Origin: Amphiscolops sp. MND2022 | Lineage: Eukaryota | Reading direction: 5' to 3' | Length of the DNA: 64,000 nucleotides | Assembly: GCA_964187785.1 (NCBI GenBank) | Contig: OZ076418.1 | Span: 21,948,001-22,012,000 of the forward strand | Shown here: piece after piece, positions 23,877-36,035 of the stretch | How positions within the stretch are numbered: the first letter of the stretch is position 1 | Layout of the letters: each line of letters begins with the position of its first letter | The notes under the pieces: model-generated | Seen by the model: only the letters and a program-made list of their open reading frames with translations | Told to the model about the DNA's origin: nothing | Databases searched by the model: none | Made by a program: the position numbers and the translations under genes

Positions 23877-25289
23877 TTTCGAAACCTCCTAGCCAATGAT
23901 TACCTCCTAAAATGAACTACCTCGATTTGATTTGATAAAATAAATGAAAACAAAAACCAAGATTCCTTTGCAATACACCAAACCCAAAATTCTGAAGCTC
24001 CGAAAATGAATGTTTGACTTCATAGCTGCGAAAACTTCCCGCAAATATTTATACGGGTATCAGGCAGGCGCGCGCCTGCGTAGCGGAGGTGCTGAAGTAC
24101 CGATTCAAAACTGATACAGCTTTTGGAGTTATGGGTCTGAAAATTCATTTTGAGAGAGAAGATTTAATTTAAGAGACTGAACTGAAAATACGATTCTACC
24201 AAACTAACTAGTACCATACGATTCAACCACGAAGAATAACAAGAGAAGCAATTGCTAATTCGCAACACCTTGATCTGTTATTTTTCACATGGTAGCTGAG
24301 AAAGTGGCGCACCAAAGCAATATACCAACCAGGCATGGCAGTTTTATGTACTTGCCTATTCTTTCATCTATTCCGCATACTCGACAGCAGTCACTTAAAT
24401 TGCACACATAAAAAAGTGACGCGTCGAAAAAAGTGACATCTCTTGCATAAACGCTCCAGTTTGAACTGTTTTTTTATTACACCATGAATGGTGGGCTCTA
24501 AAAATTTAGGCAGTGACGCAAAAAAACGCAGGAAATGTCCAGTGGGGCTCAGGAAGTTTAGTTTACAGCTTACAAAAGATTTTCAATGTTGAAGCAAGTT
24601 GTTTTCAGATGACTGTCAATTATTGACTCCTATAACTTGACCCTTACTCAGAAACATGTTTCTTCATATAAATAGCCGTAAAAGAACAGTTGTCGGGAAA
24701 AAACGCTCAAAGCGTAATGACATCAATAGAAAATGATAAAGAGCGAAGCGGAAAGACTAACCATTAGTAGTTTAGCGACTGGTTTTGACTAAGGCCGACC
24801 TGAAGGGGGCGCGAAGCACCCCGTAAGAAGGAAGGCCGCGTCATACAGTCATTAGAAAAGTTATGACTGCTATGACAATTAACAGTTCTTCTCCCAATAT
24901 CTATGAACCCTTTTCACTGGTACAGTTTTTCTACAACCAAATTACATATTTAGATCAAAACAACACCTTTTAACTGCATTTTGATGCACATTTTGCAAGA
25001 TGAAATTCATTTCATGTCGCATCGCATCTCTCACTTTTTTCCACACGCCTGATGCCAACGCATGAATTCTTTTTTTTTCTACATGCATATTAAATAGAAT
25101 CCACTCAATTTCACACCGCTTCATTTCACAATGGGCATCAATTCATTGAAATCCAATACCCCATCACGTCATAGCTATAAAAGCATCACTACAATTCAGC
25201 CGCTCTTAATTCATACTCCGCCTAAATTCTGCGTCTATCTGCGGGTAAAATCGATGATGTAATTTCACAATGTGACAATTCATACAACT

Positions 25290-26014
25290 GAAATAAGAAA
25301 ATAGGTCTCAAACAGTAGATTGCAATTTACATTTCAATGCTGTATCAGCCAATATCGAAAATACTGGTTGTAGAACCAGCCTCTGGACTAGTAGCGGCAC
25401 GTCGCTCTGCTTCGCTTCGCTCCTGCAGTTTTTGAACCCAGCTGAGATATCAGAATCACACTTGATGAGATTTTTGAAAGCACAACTGAGGGACGCTGCT
25501 TTACAAACCTGGCGAACGTCCTTGAACGAGAACACTCTTTGTAAAACATACGTTTTATACAAATCCAATTTTGGCATAGAAAAATACCTTATCAGCTTGA
25601 GACAACCTTACCGAAACGAATTGAGTAGGTTCCGATGTGCCTCTTTTGTGAACGCGCAGACAAGACAAAAAATTTTAGGAATAACTGAAACGCATTGTTT
25701 ACTTTGCAATGAGGAAGGGCTGGCGGACGAATATCATTTACTTCTAGTCTGTAAGAGCCTAAAGTCAGAGCGGGAAAAATATTTAATGGAAGAGTTTCAT
25801 AAGTACCCAAATCTTCTTAAACTAAATAGGTTGATGAACTTGGGTTGCACCTCCAAACTATATAATTTATGTAAGTTTTGTAAACAAATTACCAACCACG
25901 TTCGCTGTAAAATGCAAACTTTGTAATTTGTAAGCCCGAGTTGGGCAACGAATATGAATTGAAATATTCATTCATTCATCCATGCATTTAGGGATATGTG
26001 ATAGCTAACTACCT
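25290..26014 (+). repeat. Hairpin-rich 'CTGACTACGTTAT-ended' repeat split by a LINE insertion
   Basis: The 5' part ends ...TCGCTCCTGCA (25427) and resumes TGCATTTAGGGATATGTGATAGCTAACTACCTTAT (25982-26014). Confidence 0.65.
25428..25981 (+). mobile_element. 5'-truncated LINE (L2/CR1-group) ORF2 3' end
   Basis: ORF 25432-25926: W...L..Y..YK..FGIEKYL...R..LSRFR...CLLCNEEGLADEYHLLLVC...R; (ATTC)n tail. Confidence 0.85.
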
Positions 26015-26444
26015 TATCAATAATTCCGACAATATTCAATGCACGTTTTCAACTGAATGAATTCAAGTCAATTTTCATTGTCATTTCAATCAACCAGAAT
26101 GCACGATGAACAAAACTTCTGCTGTTTGAGATCAATTTTCCATTTTCGGCTGCCCTCGGGGATACTTACCTGGCACAGCATCAGGATTTTCGGAGCTATG
26201 GGACCAAAAATTTACCTTCTTAGCTATAAATATTTGTAGCTATCGGACTTCACGGAAATTGTTGACGGAGTAGACACTGTTACGGATTTTACCACTGTAA
26301 ATTGAAAGGCGGAGGATACCCATCGAATCGATTATTCATCGCGCCAAAAATTAATGAACTCTACTGATTAGTAGAAATTCGAAATACAAAAGAATTAAAT
26401 TGGTTAATTAGTGCTGCATACCGTCGAACTAATACGATAATGTA

Positions 26445-26614
26445 CAGTCGAACTTCACTTTCATGTACCTTCATTATAAGGTAAAACTCGTTATTGTTTA
26501 TCAGTTTGAATCTCCGTCTTCCCAAGTTCTATATATAACCGTCCTCCTATATAACGTAAATTTCGAATTAACGTTTTCTTCTCATTCTTCCCGTATAGGT
26601 ATATAATTCGACTG
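26445..26614. mobile_element. pogo/Tigger-like MITE
   Basis: TA|CAGTCGAA...TTCGACTG|TA. Confidence 0.75.
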
Positions 26615-26636
26615 TATTCAGCGTTGTTCACATGCC

Positions 26637-27090
26637 CAGAGGTGTAAAAATTTATATTGTATTGCAATATATTGCAATTAAATACAATTAATATATTTAT
26701 TTAGTTCGAGCAAAAATACAATATTTATTGAAATAAGGCAAATATTGTCAGAGCTCTACAATATATTGCGCAAAAAATTATTGCAAAATACAAACAAATT
26801 TCATTTAATATGCATTTTAAACGGACTAGAAGTGAAAGACTATCAAGGGAGAAATTCACTAAGCTGTTCGCTAATTTCGAGAAAGTAGTCTTTCTTTATA
26901 CAAATAAACAACATTGGAATGTTTGCCTTGTAAATGAATGTTTCTCTGCCCAATAAAATATTTCACAATCTATTGTTTTTCTAAAATATTGCAGGACAAT
27001 AAATACAATATATTTATTGCTGAAATTGAATCAAACAATATATTATTTTTTTTGAAAAAATATATTTAAATACAATATTTCACACATGCA
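26637..27090. mobile_element. hAT-like MITE inserted in a hairpin-rich repeat
   Basis: 8-bp repeat CACATGCC on both sides; imperfect TIR CAGAGGTG / CACACATG; many ATATTG/CAATAT sub-repeats. The flanks rejoin to TGTTCACATGCCCCTATTACCCTAAATGCAG. Confidence 0.6.
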
Positions 27091-28394
27091 CACATGCCCC
27101 TATTACCCTAAATGCAGCTTGTTTCGACGAAGGCCGAGTCCTACAACCAATATGAAACTAATCGCTGATATGAAATGTAATTAGTCCACACTGAACGATT
27201 TTTAATTTCGGCGCGATGCCATTGATTTCATTTTTCGGCACAATGAATAGTCACCAAATTTAAACATTGTTCTATTTATTGTTTTTGTCATTTTTGTTGA
27301 ATTTCTCCAATCTGGATAAATTGGTACTCTGTCTAACTTATCAGCGAAATTCACACTTTTTCATAACACCATGGTCGTGAAATCAGGCGGATTGTACGAT
27401 AGTATACAAATGTAAAGCAGCTCAGTATATACAGAGGTGTCATTACACAGAGGTGTACATTCGGTCATTTGAATTGAAGTCAAGTCCAAATGAACTCTGT
27501 GGAAGAAGACTACTCGAATTCAGTGACGACTGTGTATCGTCTTCCTAATTCAAATAAACTGGCACACAATAACTACAAAGCTTGCCTGGTGGCGCATTTA
27601 TTCAGCTAAGACCAGCGAAATTCGAATTAGACCTGATACATGTGTACATGTACGCGCCGCCGACACGTAAAAAAACCAATTGAAGAATGTGACGGAGAAT
27701 GCGATTCATTGTATTCACCAACAGTCTAAGTTGTAGTCTATTCTATTCTGGAGTGTGTCACCGCATTCATTAATCGGGCAAGAGGAACAACGTGCCAGAA
27801 TGAGCATCGCATTCACAGAGAAAACGACCACAGAATTCATTTGTTCAAGTCAACAAGGGCTGAATTGCAAAGTTTCCACAGTTCAAAGTCACTGAGGAAA
27901 TAATCAAATAATCATCACAATTAGAACACACAAGAATGCGATTAATGTCAGCGAGATTATACTTTGTCTGTTGTCATCGTTCGTTCACGAATCACAGCAA
28001 AGTTCCCGCCCCAAGGAAATGAGGAAAAAAGGAATGTGTTCAAGTTGACCCGTTTCATTCACTGGGGACTCAAAATAGCGAGTTATCAACAATCGGCGAT
28101 TCAAATGCGGGAGTTACAAGACTACTCAGGCCCACAACAAGATTGATAAAAATAAGATCTCTTATTTTAGATCAGTCATCAGCCTCCGCCTAAAAGGGGA
28201 CATTATTTTAGAGAACTGAATAATCAAACTTTTAGCTCTTCAAACACGAACAAGAGCCAGTGAATTTGGAACGTGACCGCCAAAAGATAAGTTCTTTCGG
28301 ACGAATAAGGGAATCACTCACCACATTACAGTTGGACAGCAAAAGTAAAGCAAAATTATTTCAGCAAAAGATTCCTTTAATTCTGTCTTAAAAA

Positions 28395-30622
28395 CAAACA
28401 AGACGGGAACGTCCCAAGTCGGCGCCATAACTAAGGCTCAAAAATATTCAATGAACAACTATTGGAAACATTTGGGAAAAAATTTTCAAAAAAAAGTATT
28501 TTTAAAAGTCGCACAATGCCAAAAAACTCAAAAGAGGCCATTCAGGCTCATTCAACGTTTTTACAAACCGAAAGCTTCAAAAAAATGCAAGGGGTACCTT
28601 TTTATAGAATTCGAAAATTTTCGAAAAAAAGTAGCATAGTGCCGAAAAAAACCCAAAGTGGAGACCCTTTGGTCTCGCCTCTACTTTTGGAAGCATAAAA
28701 AAATTTGTGGCTTAGTGCAAGAATCGAACCCGCGATCTCCTGCTTCTCAGAAAATCAGTTGAACAAAGGATTGTAAAAAAAGACCATTCAGAGTGAGACT
28801 GTCAGCTGAAAAAGAAACAAGCCGAGAACGGCCAAAGTTGGCGCCATATCTAAGGCTCAAAATTTGAAAGGGGGACCCTTCGGGCTTTGTGAAACTCCAG
28901 CTGGTTGCAAAAAATTTAAAAAATTGAAGGGGGGACCCTTTGGAGACATGAAAAAATTTCCCAAAAAATATTTTTAAATGAGATTTTTGAACAGTGTCAC
29001 AGTGCCGAAAACTGTAAAAGGGGGACCCTTTGCGATTTTTTGACATCCATTGTGTTGCAAAATATCGAAACAAATGAAGGGGGGACCCTCTGGTGCAATC
29101 CAAAAAACTTCAAAAAAAGTCGCATAGTGCCGAAAAAAGTGGGGCTGAGGTGGGATCTTCAGTGTGTTTTCGAGGTTGTGGACGTCTGTCTTGTTTTTTC
29201 TTGTGTTTTGGACGCGCTTCTGAGGTTGGAGTTGTTGAGGTTTGAAGTTGTTGAGGTTTGAGGTTGTTGAACAAATGAACAAAAAAGTGGACTTTTCGTG
29301 TCTAAAAAAAACTACCCACTGTAATAGTCGGGCACATTTTCTACTAAAATGCGCCAACTAAAAATACTACCCACTGTAATAGTCGGGCTTTTTTCCTTAA
29401 GGGAAAAGGCGCCGACTAAAAACAAGACGGGAACGTCTCAAAAAGCGCAAAGTCTTTAAAATATGCCCAGGACGTATTTACCGTATTTACGAAAAGCTCA
29501 GAAAACAGTTTCGAGACACCCAAAGGGTGCCTTACATGCTTGATAAGACTCGGAAACCACTTTTTCACCAACTGGGAACAAGAAAAAAGTTTTTTAAAAG
29601 AAACATCAGATTTTTTCTTTTAGAAATTGTCGCATAGTGCCAAAAAATGTAAAAGGGGGAACCCTTTGGGATTTATTAACATACATTCTGTTGCAAAATA
29701 TCAAAAAACTCAAAGGGACTATTTGCAGACATTTAAAAATTTTCGAAAAAAAGTCGCACAGTGCCGAAAATGGCCGTTTAGTCTCGTCTGTTTTTGTAGG
29801 GTACGTTAAAAAAGTAAAAAAGAAAGGCGGGACCCTTTGCACCATGTTTCCGCTGGCCAGACTTGGCTTTGTTAGTTTCTGTAAAAAGTGGACCGATCAG
29901 TGTGAGGTCTGTGGTCTGGAGAAAAAAGGGTCACTGTAAGTGTCGGGCATTTTTCCTTTCAAGGAAAACGCGCCGACTAAAAACAGTGACTGCAATGACT
30001 CTCTAAAAACGCCGACTAAAAATAGTCACAACTATAGTCGGGTCTTTCTTACAAGAAGCGCTGATTAAAAATGATCTTTTAGTGGTCGCTTCATGAAGTG
30101 AAACGCGATTATTATAATGACTTTTTTTTCCAATCCACACGAACTGACCAAAATAGTTCTTAAAAGTTCTACGAAATTTTATGGTCCCAAATTGAATCAT
30201 TTGGCCTAGCGAACTGAACCAATAAGGTTTTTCCTCTTTTTCCGCGTAACATACCATACCGGAAGAGACTAAAGGGTCCCCCTTTTAATTTTTTGGCAGT
30301 CTTTTTTTCGAAATTTTTTCTCCAAAGGGTCCCCTTTCAATTTTTTGATGTTTTGCGACAGAATGGATGTTGAAAATCCCAAAGGGTCCCCTTTCAGTTT
30401 TTTCGGCATTGTGAGACTTTTTTTGGAATTTTTTTCACCATTCAATTTTTTTGATTTTTTGCAACAATGGATGTTAAAAAATGCGCAAGCTCCGTCGTTT
30501 GGGTTTTTCGTGAGTTTGATACTTTTTGTTAGTTTGACTTTGAGTTTTTCACACTTTCATGTCCTTTTGCTATTTTTGAGCCTTAGATATGGCGCCGACT
30601 TATGCCGTTCCCGGCTTGTTTC
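28395..30622. mobile_element. Cluster of at least four family-1 HINE-like elements (28395-~28760 -, 28815-29423 -, 29421-29984 -, 30074-30622 +) plus extra 5' ends
   Basis: Repeated hairpin + sub-TIR starts at 28397, 28815 and 29421; GCGCCRACT-AAAA ends at 29351, 29409, 29970 and 30009; plus-strand end GGCGCCGACTTATGCCGTTCCCGGCTTGTT at 30591-30620. Confidence 0.8.
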
Positions 30623-31555
30623 TCGTTACCATGATACCAAGAAGCATATTTGATTCGTCCAAATGATTGCACAATCAAGAAGGGATATGAATAGGAAGAT
30701 TTTTCTACCAATTGGAAAAAAACAGTGGCATGTTTTGGAACAATAGATACTGTTCAAGAAACCTTTCTAAACAAAATTGAGCCACGTAAGCTTTCTGCAA
30801 CACAAGAGTGCTTTTCGAAGTATTCCTTTTTGCATGCAAATTTAAATAAATTACTAGAATCGAAGCTAAGTTAGTAATTCTCCGCTTTAAAATGATTCGT
30901 ATTTTACATGCTGCAGGCCTGCATGCAGAGAAATTTACAAAATGCAGGGTAAATTTTGTAGAATTACAATGCAGTTTCGACTATTGAAATCGAAAATATT
31001 TCCGTCTTCATTACCGACACGATCAAGTTGTTTTCACGCTTTGATTTCTCAATTACTCATTCAATATAATCACCGCTTCTCAAATAGCACGTTGAATATG
31101 ACGCTAGGCGTTGTTTGCATTGTGAATATCATATCGCATTAAAATGGCGATGAAATGATAACGTCTTTCGATGTATTTAAAGATAGAACTGCTTCTTAGT
31201 GAAACCGGCAAACTTCAAGCCTTAAATTGCCGCCAAATTTAAGATGCCTTTCAAGCAGCTTGATAAAAGTCGAACAGAACAGGGAAATATTTTTGCATGA
31301 AAGTTTCCGTAAGAGTTTTAGAAAAGTTGGTGGCATTAAGCAAAACGTTCAAGCAACTTCAACAAGGATATGGAACTATTTCGAGAATGTTTTTTCCATG
31401 TTTAAAAGACATCAGTGGTTTTAACCCTGCGCAGTATCCATAATTTCGTTACCATGACACCAAGCGAAACGATATCTATTATCATGTTTTGTAGAGAAAA
31501 ATTCTTTAGGGCTAATCAAACGGCACCAAGATTTGTTCCGATGACAATTTCAAGC

Positions 31556-31800
31556 ATTACGGGAACGTCTCAAGTCGGCGCCTTACTTAAGGCTCAAAAA
31601 GCGTAAAGCATTGAAATATACTAGACTATTTTCATGAGAAATCTGTGCTGAAAAAACCAAAGAGGAACCCTTTGCTCTCTTTGTTTCGTAGATCATGTAA
31701 AAAAGTACAAATTGAAATGGAGAACATTTTGGCCCATGTTAGTACTTAGTTTAGAATATTGTCAAAAATTGACCTTTACTATAAAAAACGCTGACTGAAG
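31556..31800 (-). mobile_element. Short degenerate family-1 HINE-like copy
   Basis: ACGGGAACGTCTCAAGTCGGCGCCTTACTTAAGGCTCAAAAA start; degenerate AAAACGCTGACT end. Confidence 0.6.
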
Positions 31801-32559
31801 ACATGAAAATTTCAGTTTTTTACTATTCTCGACGGATTTCATTAAGGATTGGTGACTGTTTGCTGCGATACTTAGCATCTATTGATTTTATACTTGAGCT
31901 GCACAATTCATTGGTACGGAAAGCACATCGTTTTCAACTGTTTTCCAAATAAGGGAGAGAGTTGCAGTCGAATTGAAAAAACTCCGTTTCACTTTTTGCT
32001 CTTGAACACTCCAATTCCATATTTTTATTTGAAATTATTATCTGACACCGATTGACAGACACACTTTGCCTCAATAAGATGATGAATTCCAAAGTGAACA
32101 GATGCGCTGTTGGATATAAAAGCGGACGCTTTCCAAAATAGACAGTGACTAATTACCAAAAATATATACTTGCATGCGATATGAAGCAAAATTTATTATT
32201 ATGTATGCTTTTGCTGAATACGACATTTTTGAACAATTTCCTTCAGAAAGGAGAGGAGAATTTGAAAGAACTGCCATTCACTGTATTTTGGACTATCAAT
32301 TTCCGACCGTATTCACATATGGGAAAAGAAAATTGATCTATGAGCCGCGTCTTTCCAACTTGAATGAAAGGTTTTAGCAGCGTGCCAGTCCCCCTTCATA
32401 GACACTATTTATTACATGTGAACACACAATTGCAAAACGAGGGAGCAATTTGACGAAAATATCAATAGTTAACTGTGTTCGGAATCCACAAGAATGAATG
32501 TTGAATATTTGGTCCGAGTCTCGGATTAAATAAAAAAATTTTAATGCTTGCAAGAGTAG

Positions 32560-33050
32560 AGGGGATATCAACGTGTTCCCTTTTGAGATTTTTCAGCACT
32601 ATGTGACTTTTTTCACGAAGTTTTTTAAGCCGAGCGCCAATCTTGATATTTAGCAGAAAAAACCGTTTGACGAGCATAAAGGGCTGCCTTACGTTTTTTC
32701 GGTACAATGCGACTTACCGAAGACTTATAAACGTTTTAGTGGAATTTTTCGAATTGTCCATTTTTTGGTTTTTCTGGGAGGAAAACCCTTTTCCGAGTCC
32801 TAAGGGCGACCTCATTGATTATTTTTTGGTTCTGTGGAACTGATGAAAGTTTTCTCCGTAATTGTGGAGGAAACCTACGGTATTTTTCGGCACTGTGCGA
32901 CTCCGAAAATTTTTTGTCTGGTCAAAGTGTTTTTCTTTCATTTTTAGAAATGTTTTCGTCTTTTAAAGCGTTTTTTGTTGTTTCCAATTCGTGAAAAGTT
33001 GTTTTCGAGTCCCACGCGTATCCCTTCGGTTATTTTTCGGCACTGTAAAA
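32560..33050 (+). repeat. Degenerate internal fragments of family-1 HINE
   Basis: TTTTTCGGCACTGTGCGACT, TTTCAGCACTATGTGACT and TTCCCTTTT motifs match the family's internal unit. Confidence 0.5.
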
Positions 33051-33873
33051 CTGATAATAAAGTGTTAGACAGTAAAGTTTGGAGCGTCTAATAGTTATGC
33101 GAGTTTCTCAAAAACTTATTTATTTTAAATGAAAAGATGGTAAAAGTTTGCAATAATTTTTTCACTTATATTATTGAAAATTTAGGACTTCAAAATAAAA
33201 GCCTACAGTGAACCAAAAATTGCCATAATTTTCAAATTTTTGTGCAATTTCACAGTGCAGCGTCTACGCTCTAGCCTTGAAATATGTTGTCGCTGAAATG
33301 ACCCAGGGCGGAAAACATCCCGGTGCTCAGCGGGTATCTTGTTCAGTGAACAAGACTTTTGGAACTATAATTACTAACGACATAGATATTTCGATACCCT
33401 ACTCTGCGAAATTCATTTGTCCCCCGTTTTAAAATTATTGTCCAAGAACAAAAGCAAGGAAAAATCAGGATGTCAGCAAATGTTAACCAGCGTGCCTGAA
33501 CAAAAATGTTAGATACGCTGATAATGTTTCCGTATTATTCAAAAATAACAGAATTTTCATTAGCTAATCCAATCATTACTAATTTACAACGCCGTTAGAT
33601 GTTTACTGTACTTCACACCCACGAAAAACCAAGTAAAGCTATCACATTAACGAATGGAATGCACGTTGATTGGAATTTCTTATCGATTTTTACCCTGTTT
33701 CCTTCTTAAAAAACCCAAAATCTACACTACAAGAAATCATGAAAGCTTTTCTTTTCACGTCACAAAGCTTGACCATCCGGTTTGTGTTGAACAGAAATGT
33801 CGGTCTGTCTGTTCTTGAGCCAATTAAGCAAATGTGTTCACGCTGTTTGATTGAAAAAACTCGATATTCTAAC

Positions 33874-34504
33874 CTTTAATCACTTCCATGATCTTCTGTT
33901 TGTGCGTGTATTCCAGGTTGGTGATATGGAAAGGCTGTTTTTGGTAAAGAATTTCGTGACAAATTATTGCAAATGAGTAACAATCGGCTCTCTGCATAAT
34001 ATGTGTGAACTCCGATTGTTGCATCTCATGGGAACTCGGAAGAGTACCGCGTCTAAGAATCTCGGGAGCTACGTACACGTACTTGACGTAATACTTGTCT
34101 TCCAAGCGTAAATCGGGTTGGCTCAGGTCAAGAACAGGTAAGGGTCTCAATGAGTACAATCCGTGGTCCCCAATTTTGCAAACAAAACGGTGGTCCAGTA
34201 CACACGTTTTAGCATTGAGACGGCCATGGAACATTCCATTTTGCGCGAGAAAATGGAGGCCCTTTGCAATGTCAAGCATGAGGGAGAAACGGAAAGACAG
34301 ATCGGCTTTCATGGGGGAGCGAAGGAAGTTATAGAGGGATCCCTTATCGCAGTTTTCGTACACTATGTAGCGGGGTTGGTCCACGGTGCAGCCGATGAAA
34401 CGCACCACGTGTTCGCTCGTGAAACTTTTCAGGTTTTTCAGCTCAATCAGTCTCTTGCGATTCAGTTCAAACTGCACTGTGTCTTTGAGGGGTCTAGCGG
34501 CCAC
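33874..34504 (-). CDS. Receptor guanylyl cyclase exon 4 (kinase-homology domain)
   Basis: HVVRFIGC, KGSLYNFL, HGRLNAKTCVLDHRFVCKIGDHGL, YVAPEILR, DCYSFAIICHEI are typical pseudokinase motifs of receptor GCs. TTTAG|GTG and AAAG|GTTAG junctions. Confidence 0.93.
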
Positions 34505-34962
34505 CTAAATGAAACAAACAAAAGCGGATCAAGTTTGAAACAGGAAACTCAAGTCTTTTCAAATCAGAACTTCTTAAATGTTGATTTCGCTTTGAGAAAT
34601 CCGCTCGCTTTCATCAGAACATCACATTTGAAATGAGCTAAATGAAGCTCTGAAAAAGTTGCAATTACCAAACAATTGGGTTTATTCACTTCTGTAGCAC
34701 AAACAACGTTTGCTCAGCTGAATATATTAGCATACATTAGGTACAAAAAATGTAATCAACTTTCCATTTTTGAGATAAGATTCAAATTTTTCATCATTCC
34801 AACAAAGGAAAAAGTAGACCCGATTCTGTGAAGTACTATAATGAAGAAAGACCAAATATTCACTAAGAGAAACACAAACATCAAACTCTTCAATCAGAAT
34901 TATTTAAAGACTGTATGTGACAAAGTTTGGACACTGCCCATCAATAACTATGCTCACCCAAC

Positions 34963-35068
34963 GGTGTCCGGACATTACGCCCAATACTTATACATACAAC
35001 AATCTTTCAAATTATTGGGCGTAATGTCCGCGTTGGGCGTAATGACTTTAGGCGTATTGTCCTAGAAC
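34963..35068. mobile_element. Small sub-repeat-type MITE remnant
   Basis: GGACATTACGCCCA / TGGGCGTAATGTCC, repeated GGCGTAATG units, terminus TGTCC-TAGAA-CCC. Confidence 0.55.
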
Positions 35069-35525
35069 CCACCCAACAACACACTTCACTGAGGAACTAG
35101 CAAAACTTAAAACAGGACAACTCACACGGCGAACGCACTTCCGTACCTCCGAAACAGCTGAATGTTCAAAGTAGAATTCATTACAACAAGCAGCCCTTGA
35201 TAATCATTATCATTGGTTGGTTAAAATACAGTAGTTGATGATGTATTACCACACGAAGCCTTCGGGTGGAAGCAAGTCGAAATACTCGCGAAAACGTAAT
35301 TTCCTCCGCCATTATTCTAAAGTGATTGTCTCAACTTATGAATGCAATTAGTTGATGATCAAAAAGTTCAAAAAATAGGGTTAATATATATTCAATCTAA
35401 CTCCTGGAGTAAATCAAAACTATCGAATCTTAACGATGACCATTGAAATTCAATTTTGAGATAAACTCAGGTAAGCGTTTTCAAGTTTTGGATGAATTCG
35501 CTACGAATGTGAGAACAGAACTTAC

Positions 35526-35721
35526 CTTCATCTTTTTGTATCTGGCGAAGACATATCGGGGTTCGGGCCTGGTGGAAGTGACCATGTTCTCAAATGCTGT
35601 TCCAGGAGCTACAGACACACCTTCTTTCGGTTCCAGTGCCATGGTGCTCTGATTTTGACTGATCCTTCGGATGGCAAAGATGGAGGGAGAATTTCTTCCC
35701 GGGGGAACGGAGACGGAGAAC
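35526..35721 (-). CDS. Receptor guanylyl cyclase exon 3 (start of kinase-homology domain)
   Basis: Not in the ORF track. TTGAAG|G...AAG|GTAAG; 196 nt, phase 2 to phase 0. Reads RFSVSVPPG...EPRYVFARYKKMK and joins VAARPLK of exon 4. Confidence 0.8.
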
Positions 35722-36035
35722 CTTCAACGAAATTACTTTTTTCTAAATAAGGAGCAAAAATAGAATAGTAAAAAAAGAAAGCTTGTTTTTCAAGAACAAG
35801 AAAAATGATTTTTTATCTTATATATTTCAAATTTCAACTTATATAGAGTTAATTAAACATGAACAATGGGGTTTCACAAAAAAAGGATTTCTAGGTTTCA
35901 TAAATTAGACTCAAACTTGTTCGTCTTAATTACATTGAATATTCAAGACAAGAACGATTCATAAACTTCCTTTTCATTTCTTTTTTAGTTTCAGGAGGAG
36001 AAAGAGGTCCATGAATGACAGTATTAAAGCCTTAC

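Larger units (their letters stand above)
26050..28200 (+). pseudogene. Highly decayed Gypsy integrase region interrupted by MITEs
   Basis: Fragments in the expected order: LDKLV; HFFITPW..NQAD; LSIYRG; SPNELCGRRL; GVTRLLRPTTRL; then a purine tract AAAAGGGGA at ~28191. Confidence 0.42.
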
